Position numbers and translations under genes: made by a program. DNA of 39,769 nt from an uncultured Candidatus Sumerlaeota bacterium (GTDB lineage Bacteria > Sumerlaeota > Sumerlaeia > MWCT01), in NCBI GenBank assembly GCA_964526215.1, contig CAZGKP010000002.1:1-39769 (forward strand). Reading direction: 5' to 3'. The notes beneath the pieces are model-generated. The model saw only the letters and a program-made list of their open reading frames with translations, searched no databases and was not told the origin of the DNA. Position 1 is the stretch's first letter. Each line of letters begins with the position of its first letter. Shown piece after piece: positions 23,821-32,926 of the stretch.

Positions 23821-25428
23821 ATGCATAATCTTGGAACATACCATCAAAAGAACTCTTCCATAATTCGGCCGGCAAGGATGCCGCTTATTCTTTATCTCAC
23901 CGGATTGGTTTTTATCGTTCTTTTGTTACTTCTGGTAAAGGGTCCTTTTTATGATGATGCCTATATTTTCTGCCGCTACGCCAGGAACATCCGTGATGGT
24001 AAGGGATTTGTGTTTAATGAAGAGTACTCCGGCTTTGGCGTCAGTAACATAGTCTGGACATTGCTTCTCGCTTACGGCACTCCGGATCCATTAATATCCT
24101 ATCCTAAAATGGCGCTTATTTATAGCGGGCTCTTTCTTTTACTAAATGCCTATCTGGTGGAAAAGTTGTCTCGTAGATTGGCGCGCAACGAGATGGCGGG
24201 ACTTACAGCCGCGGCTGCCTATCTACTATTCCCCGCCGCACACCGAATATTCCTCAGTGGAATGGATACTAACCTTAACACCTTTGCGTTACTTTTATTT
24301 TTTATTACGGCTTTCAAGAGAGGGGAGAGGCATCCTATCCTACTTGGCATTCTCGCTACTTTCGTTATCTATAACCGGCCAGAGGCGGGAGTTGCCTGCT
24401 TGGTTGGATTCATCTACATTTTTTTCACTGCGGTGGATAAAAAGAGAGCTGCCTTACAATTACTTTACGCCAGCGGTATTTGTATTCTCCTTACTTTCCC
24501 CTATTTTCTCTACTTTTATATTAAGTTCGGGCTTTTCACCCCGCCGACTCGAATGGGAAAGCTCTTCACAGTTTTTCCTTACTTTTATCCGGGGATGGAA
24601 TATAAGAACTGGGTGGCTTTGGGAGTCCTATCGAAGATAATTCTCTTCAGCCGATATGTATTTACACATTTCATAAGTCTTTCCTCACAGCGTTTTCATT
24701 CCCTTCTGGGGGCAGCTGCTATAGTGTCAGCTGTGGGTACCCTTTTCAGACATAAAAGGATTCCGTGTGAATTAATTGCGATATATTCCTTCCTGTTTAT
24801 AGGATTCTTCCTGTATGCTCTGAAATTTCCCTTAGCTGAATACCGCTATTTCAATTTGCTTACACCTGCAAACATTGTGCTGGTGGTCTGGGGCTTATGG
24901 CTTGCCCAGGGCAAGCGAATCGAGTCATTTCTACAAAATCCTTCTCGCGTGACACCGTTGGTAGTTGGATTATTGATGGTTTACGTGTTTGTTTTCACAC
25001 TTACTATCCGTGTCTCGCAAAAATGGGAGAATGCGGCGGCTGTGCAACGAGAGGTAGGCGACTGGCTGAGAAATAACACTACGCAGAGAGCGCGTGTCGC
25101 TGTTGAGCCTATGGGAGCCATCTCGTTTTATTCGGAGCGATACATTATTGATCTGGGCGGACTGGTAGATGTCTCACTATGGCCCTATTTGAAGAACGGG
25201 ATCTCGGATAGTAATTTAATTCTGAGATGCCTGAAAGACAACTATGCAGATTACGTTATCACTTGGGAGAGTTCTCCCACAGTGGGGAGAGTTATAGCGG
25301 TGAAACTAGGCATCTTTAGAGAAATTCGGCGTTTTCGCCCCAGAACTCCAATTCCAGTTTCCCAATCACACTATACCCTTGTGCTTTACAAAACCAACTT
25401 CAACCGGTGTAAGGACTCTTATCCCTGA
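23821..25428 (+). CDS. Polytopic membrane protein, GT-C-fold glycosyltransferase-like (ArnT/PMT-type)
   Basis: At least 10 predicted TM helices. Early-loop motif YDDAYIFCRYARNIRDG is typical of GT-C-like enzymes, and there is a soluble C-terminal domain. The start could be ATG 23821 or ATG 23878 (MPLILYL...). Confidence 0.6.
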   Translation: MHNLGTYHQKNSSIIRPARMPLILYLTGLVFIVLLLLLVKGPFYDDAYIFCRYARNIRDGKGFVFNEEYSGFGVSNIVWTLLLAYGTPDPLISYPKMALIYSGLFLLLNAYLVEKLSRRLARNEMAGLTAAAAYLLFPAAHRIFLSGMDTNLNTFALLLFFITAFKRGERHPILLGILATFVIYNRPEAGVACLVGFIYIFFTAVDKKRAALQLLYASGICILLTFPYFLYFYIKFGLFTPPTRMGKLFTVFPYFYPGMEYKNWVALGVLSKIILFSRYVFTHFISLSSQRFHSLLGAAAIVSAVGTLFRHKRIPCELIAIYSFLFIGFFLYALKFPLAEYRYFNLLTPANIVLVVWGLWLAQGKRIESFLQNPSRVTPLVVGLLMVYVFVFTLTIRVSQKWENAAAVQREVGDWLRNNTTQRARVAVEPMGAISFYSERYIIDLGGLVDVSLWPYLKNGISDSNLILRCLKDNYADYVITWESSPTVGRVIAVKLGIFREIRRFRPRTPIPVSQSHYTLVLYKTNFNRCKDSYP

Positions 25429-25726
25429 AGAACTTTCCGCTACGGGAGCGATTGGGGGTCAGGCACCATAAATAGTGTAAATAAAACTTGAAGAAATATA
25501 CCTCTTTTCTAATCATATATTTGAAAGCTTCTCTGAACTCATTTTCCAGGTCGTGAATGACCCTGATCTGGTTGAAGGACCCCTTTATTCCCTCCCCTCT
25601 TGATTCAAGAGGTATACATAGCGAGAGAAAAAGGCTTGCGGGGACTTATTTTGAGAGCGATGAAGATGTTGCTTTTTACCTATGAAAAACCGCTATGGTG
25701 CGGTAATTTTGGGGGAGGTTACTCAA

Positions 25727-27250
25727 ATGCCCGGTTTACCTGAAGATTTTCGCAGAAATTTGTTTCGCACAATTGATGAGATGAAGGATGAACTCATCGG
25801 CGTGAGCGCTAAAATCCTCACGTTCGAGACGGTCTCCGGTGGAAAAACCGATGAGGCGCGGGAAAAATTCAACCGCGAGATTGTACGCTGCCTGGATTAT
25901 TTGAAGACACTCGCGGAGCGGCTGGGGCTTGTATATCGCGACCTCGATGGAATCGTTAGCATCATTGAACAACCTGGCGAACCGAATGAAAAGGGACTCG
26001 GCATCCCACTCCACATAGACGTTGTGCCCGTCAGTGGGAATTGGAAATATCCGCCGTTCTCCGGCACGGTGGCGGGGGATACAATATGGGGACGCGGCGC
26101 ACAGGATGATAAGGGTCCGCTTATCGCCTGCCTTTACGCCATCTATGCTCTGAAGAAGATGGGCGCGAGATTCATCCGCCCAATTTACATCGTTATGGGG
26201 CGCGGCGAGGAGGTCGGCAACTGGTCTGATGTGCAGTATTTTATAAAGAAAGAAGGCGCACCCCTCTTCAGCTTCACACCCGATGCGGAATTCCCCGTCA
26301 TAAATGGCGAGAAGGGCATTATGAACCTGAAGATAAATGCCTCGTGGGATAAGGCGAATTCCGAAGGTAACCTCCGCCTCGTCTCACTCTCGGGAGGGGA
26401 GCGGGCAAATGTCGTCCCGGATGCTGCCGACGTAATCTTTGAGATAGACGAGGCCCCCGAATCATCCATCGAGGAGTTAAGAAGAGAATTGGAAAAGTTT
26501 GCGTCGGAAAAAACTGACGTGCGCTTTTCCGAACCTGAATTATATGAGGATGAACAAACGGGGATGAAAAATCTCAAGGTGATTTTTTATGGCAAGAGTG
26601 CACACGGTAGTTTGCCCGAACAGGGACATAACGCCATACTTGACGCCCTTTCGTTTCTCTGTGGACATCGGTCGGTCTCTCCGGAGTGTCGGGCATATTG
26701 CGATTTTCTATATCGCGCATCTTCCAAGTTTTATGGCGAGGGATTAAACATTACGGGAGAACACCCGTTTGTTGGCAAGACCACCGTCAATCTGGGCATC
26801 TGCCGCATCAATCAGAAGGAGGGCAAGTCGGCAATCAACATCCGCCCCACTCTTGGTGTTACGTGCGAGGAGATAGCTAAAAAGGCGGTGGCTTTGGTGA
26901 AGACAGAGAGTCGGAAAACGGGAGTGGAGATGTTTATCGAGCAGGCAGAAGAATGGGGGCGAGACCCCCTGTTCGTTGACCCGGAGGAAAATGCCTTTTT
27001 CATCTCATCATTGCAGGAGGCGTATCATATAGTAACGGGTCGGGAGCCTGAGTTGAAGGCAATTGGTGGGACGACCTTTGCAAAGGCATATCCGAACTGT
27101 GTGAGTTTCGGTCCGGTTGACCCGGCGGAGGAAGCCGAACTCGCCCATATGACGGATGAGCATATCAAGATTGCGCATCAGGTGCGCAATACAAAGATTT
27201 ACGCCGCAGCGATTGCCCTGTTAACCACCGATCTTGTAGGCGAGGAATGA
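25727..27250 (+). CDS. M20-family dipeptidase (PepV/Sapep-like)
   Basis: HIDVVPVSGNWKYPPF and GRGAQDDKGP metal/catalytic motifs, and a C-terminal GGTTFAK block. Start at ATG 25727, preceded by a GGGGGAGG SD. Confidence 0.85.
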   Translation: MPGLPEDFRRNLFRTIDEMKDELIGVSAKILTFETVSGGKTDEAREKFNREIVRCLDYLKTLAERLGLVYRDLDGIVSIIEQPGEPNEKGLGIPLHIDVVPVSGNWKYPPFSGTVAGDTIWGRGAQDDKGPLIACLYAIYALKKMGARFIRPIYIVMGRGEEVGNWSDVQYFIKKEGAPLFSFTPDAEFPVINGEKGIMNLKINASWDKANSEGNLRLVSLSGGERANVVPDAADVIFEIDEAPESSIEELRRELEKFASEKTDVRFSEPELYEDEQTGMKNLKVIFYGKSAHGSLPEQGHNAILDALSFLCGHRSVSPECRAYCDFLYRASSKFYGEGLNITGEHPFVGKTTVNLGICRINQKEGKSAINIRPTLGVTCEEIAKKAVALVKTESRKTGVEMFIEQAEEWGRDPLFVDPEENAFFISSLQEAYHIVTGREPELKAIGGTTFAKAYPNCVSFGPVDPAEEAELAHMTDEHIKIAHQVRNTKIYAAAIALLTTDLVGEE

Positions 27251-27921
27251 CAACGGGAATGCCCGGTAGACCATTTGCTGAAAAGACGAGTGATACTGCT
27301 GTCGAGGATATTAGACAAATTTACTCCGTCCGGCGGGAGGCAATTCGCAAGAGATTGGCGGAATTTGAGCGCCTCTGGATACAGGGAAATGACGCCGAGA
27401 TTTTCGCGGAACTGGTCTTTTGCCTCTTAACGCCCCAGTCAAAGGCAAAACTCTGCTGGGATGCCGTGACCAGACTCCTTACAAAAAATTTGCTGTTACG
27501 GGGAAGCGCGGACCTGATTGTGCGGGAATTAAACGGCGTGCGGTTTCACAATAATAAAGCGAAATACATCATCGCTGCAAGAAATCTGTGTGGGAAAATT
27601 GGAAACAAACTTGAACAGTTTAACGATGTGTTTCAAATGAGGGAATGGTTCGTCGCCAATATAAAGGGTTTCGGATACAAAGAGGCGAGCCACTTTTTGA
27701 GAAATATCGGATTTGGAGAAAATATCGCAATTCTTGATAGACATATACTAAAGAATCTACTGCATCTTGATGTAGTAAAACAAATACCTAAATCTTTAAG
27801 CAAACAAAAATACTACCGGATAGAAGAAAAAATGCGGCAATTTGCAAAGAAAATTCACATCCCGATGTCCCACCTTGACCTCGTATTCTGGTGCAAAGAA
27901 ACCGGCGAGATATTTAAGTAA
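27247..27921 (+). CDS. ogg: 8-oxoguanine DNA glycosylase / AP lyase (Ogg2-type, HhH-GPD superfamily)
   Basis: ELVFCLLTPQSKA, GFGYKEASHFLRNIG (HhH with catalytic Lys) and ILDRHIL (catalytic Asp). The ATG overlaps the upstream stop (ATGA). Confidence 0.85.
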   Translation: MTTGMPGRPFAEKTSDTAVEDIRQIYSVRREAIRKRLAEFERLWIQGNDAEIFAELVFCLLTPQSKAKLCWDAVTRLLTKNLLLRGSADLIVRELNGVRFHNNKAKYIIAARNLCGKIGNKLEQFNDVFQMREWFVANIKGFGYKEASHFLRNIGFGENIAILDRHILKNLLHLDVVKQIPKSLSKQKYYRIEEKMRQFAKKIHIPMSHLDLVFWCKETGEIFK

Positions 27922-27946
27922 AACCCAATCCAGAGACGAGTCATCG

Positions 27947-27965
27947 CCGATTGCCTTGCAATCGG
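27947..27965 (+). other. Hairpin just after ogg
   Basis: CCGATTGC-CTT-GCAATCGG, an 8-bp stem with no U-tract. Confidence 0.3.
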
Positions 27966-28385
27966 ACGTCATTGGTCATTAGTAGCAGCTTGGTTGGCTC
28001 TAAAGACAACACATTTTTATGGCTTCGGGAGAGGCGAAAACCTCATAATGCCTGCTACGAAAATAAGCCGTTTTGCCGGTTTTAAACCACTACGACACAA
28101 CGCGCACTACGAAAATAGTGAACGCCATGACTGTTGTGTCCGCCTCAGGCGGGTGGATAGTTCAATATGGTTCGCTTCATTGCTCTATATGGTGGAAAAA
28201 AAGCGACCCGGGGGCTTATTCTTGTCCATACGGTTTTCCTATCCGGCATTCAGATTTTGGCTTAAATTGTTTCATATCAATCGCCTTTGAATAACACATA
28301 TCAGACACAATCCTGGGTCGCCCAGGTGGCACGGAGATTGCTCGAATAATGGGTGGTCTTTTATAGTCCTGAGGGAGGTTTCCCT

Positions 28386-28952
28386 ATGTCCGACACCAAG
28401 AAGTCCAGTCCTCTGAAACTTATAATAGTAATTCTATTCCTAATTGGCGCCTTAGTTTTCGTATATGCGCAATATAAGGGCTCTCGCCCTTCACCATCTC
28501 CTGAAACGAGAAGGGGACCGGATGCACGACGCCCCGGTCGCCCCGATTCCGCCGCTTCTCAACCGCGCCCAATGCGCCGTCCACCCACTCCCGAGGAGCG
28601 TGCGAAGCGTCGTGAGGAAATGGACAAACAGCTGGACCTCACGCCGGAACAACGCACAAAGGTGGATGAGATAAACAAGCGTTTTGAAGGAAAGTCCGGA
28701 CGGGAGGTCGGGCGTGAAAGAATGGAGGCGTTTTCTGAAGTCCTGACCGATGAACAGAGGGGGAAAATGCGGAGCTTACGGGGTCAAAGGAGACGCGGGC
28801 GGGAGGAGCGGATGCGAAGGCGTGTCCTGAGAGACGCACAGGTTCTTCCCGAAAATGAACGTGAAAAACTCAGGGAAAAACTCGAACAACGCCTTGAGCA
28901 GAGAGGTCAGAGGAGAGGAGAAAGAGGCCGACCACCCCGGGGGGGCAGGTAA
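28386..28952 (+). CDS. Spy/CpxP-like periplasmic protein (LTxxQ motifs), Arg-rich
   Basis: N-terminal anchor/signal LKLIIVILFLIGALVFVYA. Two LTxxQ motifs (LTPEQRTKVDEI, LTDEQRGKMRSL). Highly basic helical remainder. Start at ATG 28386 (GAGGGAGG SD). Confidence 0.6.
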   Translation: MSDTKKSSPLKLIIVILFLIGALVFVYAQYKGSRPSPSPETRRGPDARRPGRPDSAASQPRPMRRPPTPEERAKRREEMDKQLDLTPEQRTKVDEINKRFEGKSGREVGRERMEAFSEVLTDEQRGKMRSLRGQRRRGREERMRRRVLRDAQVLPENEREKLREKLEQRLEQRGQRRGERGRPPRGGR

Positions 28953-29020
28953 CACTTATTTTCATGGTTTTATTAACTCGGCTTAATAGATTGCGTACCA
29001 ACAGGTAGAGGGGCATAATT

Positions 29021-29593
29021 ATGAAAATACAGAAGACAAATCCCGAACAGCACCGTCGTGGATTCACCTTGATTGAACTGCTCGTGGTTGTGGCAATCAT
29101 CGCCATCCTGGCGGGCATTGGCCTCCCCAATTTCCTGGAGGCGCAAACCCGCAGCAAAGTCAGCCGGGCAAAAACAGACCTGCGCACAATCGCCGGGGCT
29201 CTTGAGGCTTACCATTCCGACCACAACCGCTATCCCTCCAGCACACTGGTTCCTCTGTTCCGGCGCCTTATGCCTCTTACCACACCCGTGTCCTATATCT
29301 CCTCCGTACCCCGTGATGTTTTCCGGACGGTGGATAAGAACGCGGGGCGCTGGCGGTCACGGGGAAACTATGCCTACGGGGCAAGACCCATCGACCTGGA
29401 AAGTCGCTATGCCCTGACCAGCGACGGTCCTGACCTTAGACCCAACCATAGTAAAATTGAGTATTATCCCGGTTACTCGGACGACATCTGGGAAAACCCG
29501 GAAAGCGGTTTTAATTATATTCGTTATGACCCCACCAATGGTACTGTGAGCGCCGGGGACATCTGGCGCGTGAGCGACGCTCAGATGGAATGA
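29021..29593 (+). CDS. Pseudopilin (prepilin-type N-terminal cleavage/methylation domain), paralogue of 4644-5324
   Basis: HRRGFTLIELLVVVAIIAILAGIGLPNFLEAQTRSKVSR. The C-terminal RYDPTNGTVSAGDI motif is shared with the other copy. Confidence 0.85.
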   Translation: MKIQKTNPEQHRRGFTLIELLVVVAIIAILAGIGLPNFLEAQTRSKVSRAKTDLRTIAGALEAYHSDHNRYPSSTLVPLFRRLMPLTTPVSYISSVPRDVFRTVDKNAGRWRSRGNYAYGARPIDLESRYALTSDGPDLRPNHSKIEYYPGYSDDIWENPESGFNYIRYDPTNGTVSAGDIWRVSDAQME

Positions 29594-29663
29594 TTTCCAT
29601 TCTGATAAGAAAATTCTGTGATATTCTGGAAGAATAAATGCTCGGCTTTGTAATATCTGCTTA

Positions 29664-32636
29664 TCACTTGCCGTAGAGGAACCAACCGGTAGATTGTGCG
29701 GGTTGAGTTCCGGGGAGTTTGTAAGCGGCATAGCCGTTTTTTGAAAATTCTACAAAGAACCGTGCGCCTTTTGCGTCGTAAGCAATAGCACCTGCGGCAT
29801 TCCCAGATATGTATGATTCCTCTAAAGGCGCAAGGGCGTAAGGCGTTAATTTATCGGTTGCCTCCATTTTGTAAACTATGCCGCCGGTCGCCGAGACGGG
29901 TTGTTCATTTATATCGCTGCCCGTAAACGGGTCATCGGCGAGGGCTAAAAATAAATTTCGCTTCGGGAAGTAGCGGAGTGCACTTATTATTCCGCTGTCA
30001 ATGCCGGAAGGATTATACGCGTCATCATAGCGCCAGGTCGCCCCATTTTTTGTGTAGTGCAATAATCCCGCTCCTCGTCCCTTTGCAAGAACCTCATTTT
30101 CCGAAAGCACGGCAAGACCATAAATGCCGTATTGAATGCCGGTCTCTCCACCCGTTACCCATTCCTCTATCGAGAATTTGAGTCCGTCCGGTGTGGATAG
30201 GATTACGAAACGCCCCGTATCCCCTGAGGCGGATATGTAGAGGCGGGTATTGGTGTGTGTGCTGGTTATGTCCATTGCACGTCCGCAATTATATCCCAGT
30301 GTTTGTGAGAAAGCGACAGTTGGCGAGCTTCCCTCATCCGCCCACCTGTAAACCTTGAATGGATTAGCATTGTAAGGTGCGGCATAAATCACACCATCTG
30401 CATCTACCACGACCGATGCAAGCGGCAGGATGCCGCCTGTGAGTATTGAATCATCAAGTGTGCTGAGGTCGGCACCGGTGTCGGCGTCAACGATGTGTAT
30501 GGTGTTGTTTGCGTTGTCTGTTATGAGGAGGTGTTTTGTTCTGGGATTGTAAGCCATAAAGCGGTTGTTATCACTATCGGGTGGAAACCAATCGGGTGCT
30601 ACGGCGGTGAGGTCGGGGACACCTGGGTCGGTGTGAATCTTCCAAAGCGGGGTGAGGACATTCACATATATGCCGGGTCTGGGCTGGGGTTTTATCTCTA
30701 CGGGAAGGGTATTGAATGGGTCGAGTGCACGGTCGAGGAGTGCGGCGAATTCCTCGCGCTTAATTGCGGCGTCGGGCTGAAATACGGGCGGTTCTACCCA
30801 CGAGGTGAACCATCCTGCCTCTCTTCCATATTGAACTCCCGAGAATGCGGGATGTGTGGATGCGACGTCATTGAAGTAAGGGGTTGTGCTGGAGGGCGGG
30901 GGGGTGTTAATGACTTCATAGACAGCCCGGACGGCGTCTGCGCGCGGGATTGCGTCCTCGCTGGTCAGGTCAACGCTCGTAAGTGGGGGGTCTTCGGATG
31001 CGAGACAGACGGCAAGCGCCTCTCCGGCGGTGCGGCGTTCAACGTGGTCTTCAGGGTAAAAATAGGTCTTGTTCGCCCAGCCGGAGGGAGTGCCTGTGCC
31101 TTTTAATGCGCCGGTGAGACCCACCCGCTGCACCACAGGAAACGACCACCAATACGGCGCAACATCCACGAAAGGTAGACACCAGCATCCGGCATCGAGG
31201 AGGGTTTGCTGGAGCTGGCGCAGAGAGATGTCGCGAGGTTCAATCCCCGTCAGCGCCGCAATTGCCGCCGCTGCACCCGCTGCCTGTCCGATTGACATCA
31301 CGCAGGGTTGCAGACGCGTGCACCCATTTACGGCGTGCGTAACGGACAGACTCTTTTCCGCCAGCAATAAACCGTTTAGTTCTTCAGGCAGCAATGCGCC
31401 GTAAGGCACCGCAAATGATGGAATTTTCGGGAACGCTTCCTGCACCGGGATGGGTGCCTTTCCGTGATGGTGGTCTATGGGATAGTCCCCAACTGCGATG
31501 CCGGTTTTGTAAAGGTCGCCACTGGGCGTATTGTAGGGGTCGAGTATATCCTGGAGGCGGAAACGCACCAGCCCCACAAGTCGGCGGCTCTCTCGGTGGT
31601 ATGGGATGAATGGGAGGCTATCGGATGTGGGAAATTCATCATCGCAGAGTCCATAGTGTCGGTAGCCGCCCTTGGTCTGCATAAAGTAGACCCAGCCAAG
31701 TGTGAAGTTCTTCGCCGCCTGAAGTGCTAAAAGCCTTTCTTTGTGGCTCATCTCCAGGACGTTCGCGAAATAATCATTGCCATGTATGGGCCAGTTTATC
31801 ATAAATTTATTATTCGGGAGGCGTCCGTAATTAAACATCCTATCGCAGGTATACCTTGCGCTGCCCTCGCAGACCTCCTGGCAGGTGCAGTCATATTGCG
31901 GGGGGTCATAGTTTGGTGGCTGGGGGATTGTGTGGTCGGTGCCTATGCCGTAATCTTTTAGTGTCGCCGCATAAGTTATGTCCTGAATGATGTCGGTGGC
32001 GACGGGAGATACCCCGGGTTCGCCCGTCTCGGATTGCGCCTCCATCCCGATGCGGTATGGTGCGCCGGAGAGGGCGAGGAAATCGCCGCACTCGTCCGCC
32101 GCAATTGTTACGTCTGTGCGAATGAGCAAGTAATCTCCGCTTCCATTTATGAAGACGCCGCCCGTTATGCGGTCTCCGTCTTTAAGGGCGCGGGTGGACC
32201 AGTAGCCGTGATGGTATGAGAGGAATGGCTCGGCATCAGCCATCTGGTGAAATATCGCATTGCCGACGTGCGGCTCAAACAGTGTATAGCTGACCCAGCC
32301 GGTGTTGACGGCGCCGGGACCGCCATAGTAGTCGTATAGGTACTGGCGGAACTCACCCCATAGCCCGGTGGGGAGGTTGTGATTACCGTCAGTGGCGCTG
32401 ACGCCCGCTGCGGTGAGCATACCGCCGAACCAGGGTGTCTCCTCGACGAGGATAGTTTGTGCACCGAGCCTGGCGGACTGGATGGCGGCGCAGATACCGC
32501 CCGCACCGCCTCCTGCAACGAGTACCTTACACTGCAGTGTAGTGGTCGTTGCAGAACCGAAAAGAGGGATTAAAAAAATCAATGCGAGAGAAATATAAAG
32601 ACGGGAAAGCAAGAGTTTACGTAGAATCTTTAACAT
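29664..32636 (-). CDS. Secreted FAD-dependent oxidoreductase fused to an SLH-like segment and a beta-propeller-like C-terminal region
   Basis: Signal peptide. Dinucleotide fold VLVAGGGAGGICAAIQSARLGAQTILVEE...GGMLT. The mid-region FNDVASTHPAFSGVQYGREAGW...KREEFAALLDRAL resembles an SLH domain. The C-terminal ~330 aa has repeated beta-strand blades (TIHIVDADTG, GVIYAAPY, RLYISASGDTGRFVIL). Confidence 0.65.
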   Translation of the reverse strand: MLKILRKLLLSRLYISLALIFLIPLFGSATTTTLQCKVLVAGGGAGGICAAIQSARLGAQTILVEETPWFGGMLTAAGVSATDGNHNLPTGLWGEFRQYLYDYYGGPGAVNTGWVSYTLFEPHVGNAIFHQMADAEPFLSYHHGYWSTRALKDGDRITGGVFINGSGDYLLIRTDVTIAADECGDFLALSGAPYRIGMEAQSETGEPGVSPVATDIIQDITYAATLKDYGIGTDHTIPQPPNYDPPQYDCTCQEVCEGSARYTCDRMFNYGRLPNNKFMINWPIHGNDYFANVLEMSHKERLLALQAAKNFTLGWVYFMQTKGGYRHYGLCDDEFPTSDSLPFIPYHRESRRLVGLVRFRLQDILDPYNTPSGDLYKTGIAVGDYPIDHHHGKAPIPVQEAFPKIPSFAVPYGALLPEELNGLLLAEKSLSVTHAVNGCTRLQPCVMSIGQAAGAAAAIAALTGIEPRDISLRQLQQTLLDAGCWCLPFVDVAPYWWSFPVVQRVGLTGALKGTGTPSGWANKTYFYPEDHVERRTAGEALAVCLASEDPPLTSVDLTSEDAIPRADAVRAVYEVINTPPPSSTTPYFNDVASTHPAFSGVQYGREAGWFTSWVEPPVFQPDAAIKREEFAALLDRALDPFNTLPVEIKPQPRPGIYVNVLTPLWKIHTDPGVPDLTAVAPDWFPPDSDNNRFMAYNPRTKHLLITDNANNTIHIVDADTGADLSTLDDSILTGGILPLASVVVDADGVIYAAPYNANPFKVYRWADEGSSPTVAFSQTLGYNCGRAMDITSTHTNTRLYISASGDTGRFVILSTPDGLKFSIEEWVTGGETGIQYGIYGLAVLSENEVLAKGRGAGLLHYTKNGATWRYDDAYNPSGIDSGIISALRYFPKRNLFLALADDPFTGSDINEQPVSATGGIVYKMEATDKLTPYALAPLEESYISGNAAGAIAYDAKGARFFVEFSKNGYAAYKLPGTQPAQSTGWFLYGK

Positions 32637-32730
32637 ATCACCCAGAGCACGTATTCATTTTTTTGATACATTTCAAATACCCTGCTCCCGGTATGAGGTC
32701 AATCTAAATAACTCGTCATACGTTGTGTGC

Positions 32731-32790
32731 ATCTTCCCTTCACTCTTCATCTTCATCTCCATCTATGTATCTTGCTGTTTCCCCCGCTGC
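32731..32790 (+). repeat. R2 solo left end
   Basis: ATCTTCCCTTCACTCTTCATCTTCATCTCCATCTATGTATCTTGCTGTTTCCCCCGC parallels 9391-9455 and 37597-37650 (shared ..TCTTCATCTCCAT..GTATCTTGCT(A/G)TTTC..). No clear right arm nearby. Confidence 0.5.
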
Positions 32791-32926
32791 ACAAGAAAAA
32801 ACTGATATGGAGATTACGCTGTGTATAAAAAGATTTTGCGAAGAAATTATGGAAATATGCCTTGATGTCTATATGTGTAAGATGGTTTAATAAATTTTTC
32901 AAGTTAGCAAAAGTGAGGCGACAAAA

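Noticed and set aside
27994-28294. Two overlapping small ORFs (98 and 73 aa) in the ogg / Spy-like spacer.
   Set aside because: They overlap each other in different frames, neither has a convincing SD, and their composition is atypical (Cys/Trp/His/Phe-rich). The region is kept as an unexplained non-coding gap instead.
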